NCBI GenBank assembly: GCA_030141605.1
Contig: JAQGDQ010000418.1
Span: forward strand, 124,001-188,000
Length of the DNA stretch: 64,000 nucleotides
Origin: Tubiluchus corallicola
Lineage: Eukaryota; Animalia; Priapulida
Direction: 5' to 3'
In this document: positions 52,528 to 64,000 of the stretch, in pieces
Numbering within the stretch: position 1 is the first letter of the stretch
Layout: each line of letters starts with the position of its first letter
Made by a program: the position numbers and the translations under genes
Notes under the pieces: generated by a model
Databases searched by the model: none
Told to the model about the DNA's origin: nothing
Seen by the model: the letters and a program-made list of their open reading frames with translations, nothing else

Positions 52528-52670
52528 AACCCTAACCCAATCTAATCTAAACCTAAACCAATCTAATCTAATGTAACCTAACCCAATCCAATCTAACTTA
52601 ACCTAACCTAACCTAATCTAAGCTAATCTAACCCAGTCTAACCTAACCAATCTAATCTATTTAAGCTAAT
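52528..52670. repeat. (AACCT/AATCT)n pentamer tract
   Basis: Seen directly. Confidence 0.8.
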
Positions 52671-52954
52671 GTGTCGCACGTTTTTCTTTGAAAATCGTTT
52701 TCATTTTGCAAACTCGCTTGCCTCTTATGTTTATTACTAAACGACGCTCACAACATATTAACTATTATATATGTTCATCGTAAATAATTGATTGTAGTGT
52801 ACTGGCTGGGGAATTGTTAAATGGCTATAATGTTTGCACCATGATTGAAGGTAAAGGGTGCTGTACAGTGTACATGTGGCCCTGCTTTGTGTATGTATAC
52901 ACATGTGTGATGGCAATTAAAACTGGTGGGCTTACGCCGTCATTTCACCATTAT

Positions 52955-53536
52955 TGTAGTGTAATGTAGTGTAGCACTGCACTGCACCGCACTATACTAC
53001 ACTGCACTGCATTGCACTACACTACACTACACTAGACTGCACTGCACTATGCTACACTGCACTACACTGCACAACACTACACTACACTAGACTGCACTAC
53101 ACTAGACTGCACCACGCTAGACTGCATTGCACTACACTACACTTGACTGCACTGCACTGCACTACACTATGCTACACTGCACTACACTACACTACACTAC
53201 ACTAGACTACACTACACTACACTACACTACACCGCACTACACTGTACTACACTAGACTGCACTGCACTACACTACACTACACTACACTACACTACACTAT
53301 GCTACACTGCACTACACTACACTGCACAATGCTACACTACACTACACTACACTACACTACACTACACTACACTACACTACACTACACTACGCTACACTAC
53401 ACTACACTACGCTACACTACACTACACTGCACTACGCTACACTACACTACACTACACTACACTGCACTACACTGCACTACACTACACTACACTACACTAC
53501 ACTACACTGCACTACACTGCACTACAATACACTACA
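52955..53536. repeat. (ACTAC/ACTGC)n pentamer microsatellite; same motif inverted at 62740-62910
   Basis: Seen directly. Confidence 0.95.
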
Positions 53537-55549
53537 AACACGCACGATAAGGAAGCGCTGACTTTTAAACGTTTTCTCTGACCAAACAATGCAAACTTAT
53601 TGCTTTTACAATTAATTTATGTAAGTTTCTCTCTCCCCTTCCCCTGTCTGAAGCCATACAACTGCTACTGTACCATCACAAAAGACCAGCAGTCGAACTT
53701 TCGCCACTGGTCAGATATGGCTATCTGCGCTTACATCACTCTTATTAAATTAAGACCCATCCGTGAATGCGATCGCGTGCCGCCTAATTCTAATTCAGAT
53801 CAGGACTGGAAGCAGCATGTCCAATGCCTGATGAACTCTGGACACATCAGATATTTACCGTGATAGAGAGCGTAGCGGTGAGATCTTACATGATTCACTT
53901 AAACCGGTTTGTGTATAATGAAGCCAGGTTTTAGAGATACGGTTGCTTGAGTGTCTGGCTTCTTGTAGATAGGGTTTGTCCTACTGATGCAATCTGTGTA
54001 GAGACACGAATGTAATGATATTATTTTAGCCTTAAGTAGTTGCTATAAGAGCCGCTAGGGCGCGCTGCGTGAGCTAAAGTGATATTTCAGAGCTGTTAAA
54101 GCCAGCTTGATTTCATTCGTTTTACTCTTTTGTCGCTTGATGGCGGTAGATGCCAAATGTTATTATTATAAATGCTAACAGAGCGAAAGGTCAGTTTTAG
54201 TTCTTTCTGCTTTACGATCACTGAGATGTCACATATGATATATCACATATCAAAGTGTTTTTAGCACCTGCGACGTCACCAGGCGTGACAATATGTTACT
54301 ACAGTGTTTTATTACAAAACACACACCCGCAGAACTTTATTAGAAAATACTTACCCTAGGTTTGGCATGTGGGAGGTCCTGCAGGAGGTATGCCCAGTTT
54401 CTACCTTAAAAGGCCATTGTTTGCATTGCTTTCCTGTACTTGGTCTGACGTTAGTATTCCTAATTCGCAACATTTTATTTTGATTAAAGTACAAGAAAAC
54501 CCTCCACTTACAAGGCTTAAAACAGTTCGTCTTGAAATTTTTTATCACTTGCGTACTGCCTTTTTGTACACAGGGCTTGCGTCGGCAGTAATGCTGTATA
54601 AAACATGTAAATTTAAACTCCCGCGATGACTCTTAGACGCAGTCATTTTGACGACAAGTAATTTGAAACAAGTTTAGCTAACACTGAGTAAAGTTTGAAA
54701 AAATAATCAAAGCGTTCGTAGCGTACACAGTACTAACTAAGTAAAATTTTAAATAAGATGTCAATCTTGTCAATAAGATTAAAAATACCTTTTTGGTTAG
54801 TGAGTGGCGCACCCTGGAGGTGAGTCAACGACATTTCATCAATTATTGGTGAAAACATTTTAAATAATTAATAATTTTCTTTGCTGGTTACGTAAGTCTT
54901 TGCAGCAGCTTAGTTATATGCATGAGGAGTTTTTTTGGGTCGCAGTTTAACATTTTCCTTTCTTCCCCCGATTTACGTTGTGCGTATATGACGTTATTTT
55001 TCTGAAACCTACTTCAGGTACCCTTTTTCTTGTCCTCTAAAGTTTACCCTGTGAACAGGGCTCAGGATTATCCAGGCCCCTGAAGGTCAACTTTAACTTG
55101 CGGGGTGAAAATACTTTAAATACACAAGCGCATATATTTACTTCAAAAAGTTTTAATCCTTTTGCAAACTGCGCCATTTCTTCTAGACGAAAAGATTTCT
55201 CCATCATGAAAGTGGCGATCATTGAATCGGCCGTATCTACGCAAAGCTACTTAGAGAAAGTGAATTTATTTGTGTGCTTTGGAGATAAAATTTGACAATG
55301 GAAGAATTAGCATGGAATCAATGTGACGCAATTTCCTTCGCAGTATTGATTTTAAGAATTGAATGAGGGCTGATTTAACGAGGACGAAAATGTAATTTTA
55401 ATGTACAGTATGTCCCAAAAAAAACTTTCCATACAAAGATATGTAGTTAGCATTACGATAATGTTTGAAAGGCTTACTTAACTAGGAAACAAAATTCTTA
55501 ATAATTTGAAATGTTCAAGGTCACCTGATATAAGTATTTAACTCTGCAC

Positions 55550-57066
<1,517 letters not shown>

Positions 57067-57648
57067 GGAAGCCATAAATAATAATTAATAAAACACTTTA
57101 CAGCTACACAATCATTCCTAGAGACCATTAAGACGAATCACTGCACTTCAAATTGACTGAGTTATTACACCATCTCGTTAAATTCACACAAATCATTTTG
57201 CAATTTTAATGGAAAAGGCAAAAACATCTTCAAATGACGCTAATTTATTCCGCTAAGCCACCTAGCGAGTTAAAGTGTGCTGCTGATATGCATACGAATC
57301 AAAGGCTAATTTTTCACGGAAAACAGCATGGCTGCTCTGCCCACGGCAAAAAACGAAAATAATAAAACCAAAAAATGCATTTTTCTTGCTGAAAGTCATG
57401 TGGAAGAATATGTTTTCTAGTTTCAAAAAAATCGGTAATTTGTCTATTCTAATATTTTCTTAGATAATTTTAATTTCTCACTAACCTAACGGGATTAATT
57501 AATTTTAGAAATTTTGTTAAGGTAATAATAATACAATACCAGCATAGCTATTACAAGTTGTTAAATATGAAATGTAAATACTGTTAACACTTATAGCCCT
57601 GCAAATAGAGGGCGCATGTATATATGTATACGTTTATATGCTCAGAGT

Positions 57649-57775
<127 letters not shown>

Positions 57776-57852
57776 CACTACAGGTACAGAAAATGCGCAG
57801 AAAACAAAAGTTTTCTTAGATACGACGCAAAAACGTGCTGCAGTTAGAGCTA

Positions 57853-57907
57853 TGACGTCACTGGCTTAACTTGTGACGTCAATTACCGACGCTATTAAAA
57901 TGGCCGC
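57853..57907 (+). promoter_or_regulatory. Candidate promoter: two perfect CRE palindromes (TGACGTCA at 57853 and 57874) plus a YY1-like AAAATGGCCG just upstream of the 434-aa ORF
   Basis: Motifs read directly from sequence; function inferred from position. Confidence 0.4.
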
Positions 57908-57933
57908 TTGACAACAGTCACAAAATTAGCGAG

Positions 57934-59238
57934 ATGAACATTGGCGAAGCAAGAGAAAATTTCAAGGCTGCAATGCACAGCAGCGTTGCAGCCGGGCGCA
58001 ATTTCACTAAAAATGTCCTAGAATGGGCTAGACCTGACATGTCAACGCTGCTTCTAGGAAGCGTGGCCCTTACAGGAGGATTCTTGGCCGGATATGCAGC
58101 CGGAAAACGGTCGGCAAGTCGGGAAAGACACGAAAGTATTGAGAGCGGTCCACGAGTAATTGAAGACTCCAAGCCTTGCATTGAACCTGAAACTCTTAAT
58201 GCTAGCGAGAAACCATCAGATGAGGTTAAAGTCTGTGTGGAAGTGAAATGCTTGTCACATCCAAAGCGAGAACACCGGTCTTCTGGTGTCAAAGGCGTAT
58301 CTGGTCTTGTATCAGATGTTTGCTCGTCCATCAGCAAGGACGTCGTACCCACTCCAGAAGATGACGCTGGTTTACCAGAAGACAAGACGTTGTTGGAAGT
58401 GGAACAGGTCCAGGAGTTGCTCTACAAACAGACTAGTCCATTGCGAGTTAAGTTCTTGTGTCAGTCGGACCAGGAAGGTCATCCCGGAGACGACAGAGAT
58501 GGAACACATTTAGGGAAGGACATTAGTTCGACGAACAGCAGAAAGTCGACGCTTGAGGAGTCAGGATCATCGGTGGAGGCAGAACATTTACTTCCGCCAG
58601 AAGGAGATGTTAGTCCACTAAATGTAAAGTGTTCGCCTCTTATGCATGCAGAAAAAAGGAAAATTCAAAGTTTACCAGAAGGCGGACTCGAACCCGATGT
58701 TAAGTGCTTGACTCAAATGGAACCGTCCCAAGCAGAAACCACAAGCACTTTATCCCATCCGGAGGCTGCATCTTGCGAATTGAAAAGTGTTGCTGTCGCC
58801 GCTGAGAGGATGACGGTCGTTGAGTACAACATCGACTTGCAAGCTCCCGAAAATTCAGACAGCCGTTCACTGGCAAGCAGCTCCCGGTCGTCCCTGAAGG
58901 CCAAACCGGAACCGGAGCAGGAAGAAACGTCCATCAGCTTGACATCCATGTCGGCAGAAGTTGGCAATAAACCGGAAATTTCTGTACGCGCGCATTCATC
59001 TGACACTAGTCAAGGTGCGCGTACGCCCGACGACTGCCAAGAGAGGTCGACAGCGCCGTCACAAAAGAAAGGAAATTCGCACAAATTAGTCACGCGTTCT
59101 TCCACGAAAGTGCCCACGTGTCAGCAACCATCCTATAGGAGCCCGAGAGGCGGTTTGACCAGGCGTAGTCAGTCGCAGAACTACCACAAAAACTGCTCGC
59201 ATGGTTCCAGCCTGGAAGGCAGGCCTAGATGGATTTAA
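57934..59238 (+). CDS. Uncharacterised 434-aa protein: N-terminal hydrophobic/TM helix followed by a Ser/Glu-rich, probably disordered region
   Basis: 1.3 kb uninterrupted non-repetitive ORF, GC-richer than its flanks; LLLGSVALTGGFLAGYAAG followed by KR; no recognisable domain; could be one large exon of a bigger gene. Confidence 0.65.
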   Translation: MNIGEARENFKAAMHSSVAAGRNFTKNVLEWARPDMSTLLLGSVALTGGFLAGYAAGKRSASRERHESIESGPRVIEDSKPCIEPETLNASEKPSDEVKVCVEVKCLSHPKREHRSSGVKGVSGLVSDVCSSISKDVVPTPEDDAGLPEDKTLLEVEQVQELLYKQTSPLRVKFLCQSDQEGHPGDDRDGTHLGKDISSTNSRKSTLEESGSSVEAEHLLPPEGDVSPLNVKCSPLMHAEKRKIQSLPEGGLEPDVKCLTQMEPSQAETTSTLSHPEAASCELKSVAVAAERMTVVEYNIDLQAPENSDSRSLASSSRSSLKAKPEPEQEETSISLTSMSAEVGNKPEISVRAHSSDTSQGARTPDDCQERSTAPSQKKGNSHKLVTRSSTKVPTCQQPSYRSPRGGLTRRSQSQNYHKNCSHGSSLEGRPRWI

Positions 59239-59478
59239 TGCATTCCCTTTTCATGAAAACTATTTATATTTAGTCAGATTGGAAGGATTTTTTTATTTAT
59301 AATGAAATTCTATGGTGTATTGAATCAACCTGCGTTTTCAAACTATTTTTTTACTTACTCAAATGAACTCAATATTTTCTAGAAATACGTATTTGCAGCC
59401 TAAAGTTCCAGTTTCCTCAGCTGCTGCAGAAAAACAAAATATTAAGGTAATCTGCTTATATATTATATATTACATAAT

Positions 59479-59513
<35 letters not shown>

Positions 59514-59839
59514 GTACACCATATATCTGACTAGGTTAAGAATTTCACACTTTCTCACTCCATTTTGAGCTTGAGAAGATAAGATTGACAAAGTTCACAG
59601 CAAATCCATCAATGCAGTCGCTAGAGCCAACACTTTAGACCATTTGACGAGATCTGCTCCTGATGCCAAAAAATCTCAAAAAGTGATTAGCGTCTGTTGC
59701 CAAACTGGATTGATGTGGATACTACGAGTCCAATTGTTGTTGCTGTTGTTCGTTGTTGTTGTTGTTGTTGGTGTTGTTGTTGTTGTTGCTGCTGCTGCTA
59801 CTGTTGCTGTTGCTGTTGTTATTGTTGTTGTTTGTCGAT

Positions 59840-60130
59840 TGTTTTGATCTACAGTTTAAGATTGGACCCGGTATTTTTATATAACTATTACGGCGGTTTC
59901 AATTTTCGCTTTCACAAACACGTGCAACACGCTCGTGGAATATTTTTGCTGTTGAAAATTATGTTAGTTTGTGATGTCATAAATAGTTGGGCTCGCCTGT
60001 CGTTAATTGAGATTTTATTTGTTATTTAATTATCAGAAATGCTTTTGCAGTATTAATCGTGTTAAAATGTTAGTTTTTATCGGAGTTGAAAATGGGGTAG
60101 TATGTGAAAAATCGTCTTGTCTTCCTTTAA
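59840..60130 (-). mobile_element. Kolobok-like family A copy, internally deleted/rearranged
   Basis: Ends cttgtcttcct|ttaa; the ctacagtttaagattggacccggt terminal segment is in the opposite orientation to the rest. Confidence 0.55.
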
Positions 60131-61964
60131 GTAAATTTCTCAACTTTGTCCAAGAAATGCTCTTCAATTATTAAAAGATGGCAGCTAGGTATTCACTAAT
60201 GATGCTGACCTTGCATTTTCTGGGACGCAGATCCATTCCCAGTATGAGTTCACTTTCTTCCACTGTCGGGAGATTAGGGAAAAATGTGGGAGATTAAGGA
60301 AAAATCCCAGAACGGGATAGTGGGACACCCCAGCGTTTGGAAAAACAGATGTGACGTTTGGTGAGCTATGAGGATGAGATTTAAAACGCCCTGTAGCTAC
60401 TTGGCTTCCTCTGTGTTGACCAACATTTGTAACTGGAAATCAGAGAATTTCTAGACACGATGAGTCAGACGTAACATCAGAGTTATTCAAAACAATGCAT
60501 GACGACAGAATAAGCATTTTAACGGCTTCGTTGCGCGCATGCGCAGTTGCTGCAGGTCAAAGATTAACTGTAACATAGCTACGCGTCTTGATTACAAACG
60601 TCAGGTGACATTTGTGTAAAGCAAAGCAATCTGCCGCGTCTGTTCAGTAACATCAATGGACGTTACTTAATTATGAATTAGTCTGGGTATACAGTGATTT
60701 GCTACTGTTGTGTCACAATCCACAATCAATAACAGATACAGTGTGTAAGCTTCTTACACATAGCTAAACTAGATATTGCTGTAGTATAGTCTGTGGGAAA
60801 GGCTTCCTACCTATCACCCCTCCCCTCCTTTCATAATATACTATAACCTATCCATGCATAACATGATCTTAGAAAGTGCATGACACAGATATCCAGGAGA
60901 GTACAGTCTAACTGCTGAATCTAAAAGCAGCCAAAATGCTTTAACTTTTAACGTTAACTTTACTTTGCAAAAAATGATTAAAATCCCAAACTTGGTTATA
61001 AGAGTCTCTGAAGCACTAAACTTGTGCACATCTGCTATTTGACTGATTTAACATCGGTGGTGATATCGAACTACTTCAGTTTTGATGTTGTGGATGGCGC
61101 TTTATTCACACTGATGAGACGTTGGAGCTCTCTACGATGTGCCTAATTCGTAGAATCAAATATTGCATTAGAAAAAGTATTAATTACATATAGGATAATA
61201 TTACAATGCAATAACCAAACAAAAAATTTGATTGCAATTACGTAAATGTGACCTAAAATACCAAAATAAACCATGCGCAAATAATGCGATAGTCAAAATA
61301 ATGAGAAATATTGTTAGTAGAATATTTTCTCCAGAATTCTGGTGATTCGATGAGCAAAATTCATGATTATCGGTGGAAAATAAAACAAGAATGAAAGAAC
61401 TTCCAGTCGTCCAGTCAGAACTGCCAGACTTCCTGGCAACCGGAAGTAAAAATGTTTGCCTAATTAATGCACTAATTAGTGCAAATAGGGAAGATAATTT
61501 ACAACTAAATATTGCTGTCAGGATGGGAGAAAATAATCACAATTTTACATGGTCTCAAATTATTTCACTTTGAGAAAAATGAATTTTGCTCAGCCAAGCA
61601 CCCGAATTCTGCAATAAACGTTCAACTAACAAGCCGCGTCTTTGTAACATCTCTTATCAGTAAAATCACACTTAATTGTGATTGAATAATTAGTCAGCAG
61701 GTACTTAATTCAGTTCAATTAAATTTGCATTACAATAAAGGAGTTTTATAGCGTCTTGTAATTAAAATAATTAGCATCTTCAATCAAATCTTCAATATTG
61801 TTATAAATTACTTTCAAAGAAAATCGATTTTATTTGATCAAGGAGGGCAGATTGTTTTGGGGAACTTCACCATTCTATTACGTTGTTGCTTGCTGATGCA
61901 TCCAACGCACTTATCTTTCCATCTGCTTGCTAACCTGCCTGCCAGCCCATCTGCCTGACTGACT

Positions 61965-62242
61965 GTCAATCAATCAGTCAGTCAGTAAGTCAGTGAGTCA
62001 GTGAGTCAGTGAGTCAGTCAGTCAGTCAGTCAGTCAGTCAGTCAGTCAGTCAGTCAGTCAGTCAGTCAGTCAGTCAGTCAGTCAGTCAGTCAGTCAGTCA
62101 GTCAGTCAGTCAGTCAGTCAGTCAGTCAGTCAGTCAGTCAGTCAGTCAGTCAGTCAGTCAGTCAGTTAGTTTATCAAACACTCAGTCAGTGTATCTCTCT
62201 CCTCTCTCTTTCTCTTTGTCTCTCTCTCCCCTCTCCCCTACC

Positions 62243-62290
<48 letters not shown>

Positions 62291-62291
62291 A

Positions 62292-62345
<54 letters not shown>
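61965..62345. repeat. (AGTC)n followed by (CT)n and (AT)n
   Basis: Seen directly. Confidence 0.95.
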
Positions 62346-62346
<1 letters not shown>

Positions 62347-62739
62347 TCTCACTGAAACTTATAAGCATTCTATCATCGATTTAGTTACCACGTCTGTCAT
62401 GGGGATAGTAAAATTAATGACGTCACGTGCAATTCGTGTCACCGTCACACAATATAACACTGCTTTCATCAAGTAAGTTTTATTTGAAACTCTGGCACAA
62501 ATTGGAAAGCTTTTAACTTTCGCTTTGTAAAACCGCTGACCACTGTGGGAATATATTATTCTGTAATTTCTAAGACTGTTTCTACATTTCATGCGTGAAA
62601 TAAAAAATATATTTGATCTCAGCATCTTTTAATAGGCAAAACGTTACAGCAGCAAGCTGCGAAGCTGGGAGGCGTACACTTTTTTCAAATACTCTCACGC
62701 GAAAATTTTTTGTGGATTTTATGTTTCATTGGGAGAATT

Positions 62740-62910
62740 GTAGTGTAGCATGGTGTAGTGTAGTGTAGTGTAGTGTAGTGTAGTGTAGTGTAGTGTAGTG
62801 TAGTGTAGCGTAGCGTAGCATAGCGTAGCGTAGCGTAGCGTAGCGTAGTGTAGTGTAGTGTAGTGTAGTGTAGTGTAGTGTAGTGTAGTGTAGTGTAGTG
62901 TAGAGTAGTG
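62740..62910. repeat. (TAGTG)n pentamer microsatellite
   Basis: Seen directly. Confidence 0.95.
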
Positions 62911-63559
62911 TATACATTGCATCGCATACAATGTCATTATGCAACATACTATAACACATAGAAGTACACAAGTAAGACATAAGTTGTAAGATACATTAAA
63001 ACAATGAAAACGAATCATTCACGTGTTAATAAAAATAGTCTTTAAAACCAACGAATCAAATCATTACTTTAGTTAAAATTTTTTTTTTCTTATTTCTAAA
63101 ATTAAGTGGCAGGTTTTTGCATATTCGTTTAGACAAAATTAGACATCTCCTTACACTATTGCAAATGATTGAAATGATTAAAATTGTAGATTTTTCTTCT
63201 TCCTCCTCCTCTTTTTCTTCTAACTTACTTACATGGTTTCTCCAGCTTTGTAACTATTCTGCTTCCTCGGGCACCTTATTTTTCATTCTCTATTTTCATC
63301 CTCTTGTCGGCTCCCCTTTTTTGTGTAAATTTTTAGCAGAAAATGCTAAAGCATTTGCAACGTGTTAACAAACTCGTTCTTTTGCAGTAGGTGAGCTCAA
63401 GGCTTTAGTTTGTTGTTGAGGGGTTTTTCAAGTGGTCTGATAGTGAACTGGTCGTGCGGATTGCTCGAAATCACTAATGCGTTGTATAATAAGCCTTTTC
63501 ACAGTTTCAGCGATTGATGATGATCGTGGAAAGGCAAAATGTTTTTTATCTCTCATCAC

Positions 63560-63764
63560 ATTCTTTCCCTTCTCACCCGCTGCCTCAATCTTCCCCTTTC
63601 TCCATCTCCCTCGCAGCTTCATCTAGTTTCACTCCCTCTCCCTCCTTCCGCCAGTCCTCCCCCACTCTTCTCTCTCTCTCTCTATCTCTCGCTCTCTCTC
63701 TCCCATTGTCTGTCTATCTGTCTCTCTTTCACTCTCTTTTTCTCTCTCTCACTCTCTCTCTCCC

Positions 63765-63800
<36 letters not shown>

Positions 63801-63892
63801 CCATCACCCACCTTTCTTCTCTCTCCTCCTCTCTCTCCTTCTCTCTCTCTCTCTCTCACTCTCTCTCTCTCTCTCTCTCTGTCTCTCCTCTT
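63560..63892. repeat. CT-rich microsatellite
   Basis: Seen directly. Confidence 0.9.
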
Positions 63893-64000
63893 TACAGACA
63901 ATATTTACTGGAACATTTTTTCCATTACCTTCGTAACAAAAGAAGACGCTATTTGATTGTTTTGTTTAATTTGTTTGTTTGTAGTTTTTTCTTTGTTTAT

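Noticed and set aside
52528-52670. Telomeric (TTAGG)n array
   Set aside because: Short, degenerate and interstitial; more likely a TE-associated pentamer tract
57918-58385. 155-aa minus-strand ORF
   Set aside because: Antisense shadow of the 434-aa ORF

Overview
Eukaryotic (invertebrate animal-like), AT-rich, intron-containing genomic DNA; no prokaryotic features. The left ~24 kb is gene-dense, with three spliced genes rebuilt by hand from GT-AG exons: (1) a minus-strand M14 metallocarboxypeptidase homologue running off the left edge, whose zinc/catalytic motif is degenerate (likely pseudo-peptidase); (2) a minus-strand ankyrin-repeat/SOCS-box (ASB-like) gene, 3 coding exons, 309 aa; (3) a plus-strand B4GALT7 (xylosylprotein beta-1,4-galactosyltransferase), 7 coding exons, about 361 aa, with an extra C-terminal exon. 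The rest is dominated by micro/minisatellites and transposon relics, plus one orphan 434-aa single-exon ORF with an N-terminal hydrophobic helix (57934-59238). Notable non-coding elements: two copies of a 5S rRNA-headed SINE with an RTE-like body, Penelope-type minimal hammerhead ribozyme motifs, a TGT...ACA MITE with a 5-bp TSD (Ginger-like), a decayed hAT element, and Harbinger-like and Kolobok-like MITE families. Most ORFs in the supplied track are repeat-derived noise. Family assignments rest on motif recognition by eye; no searches were run.
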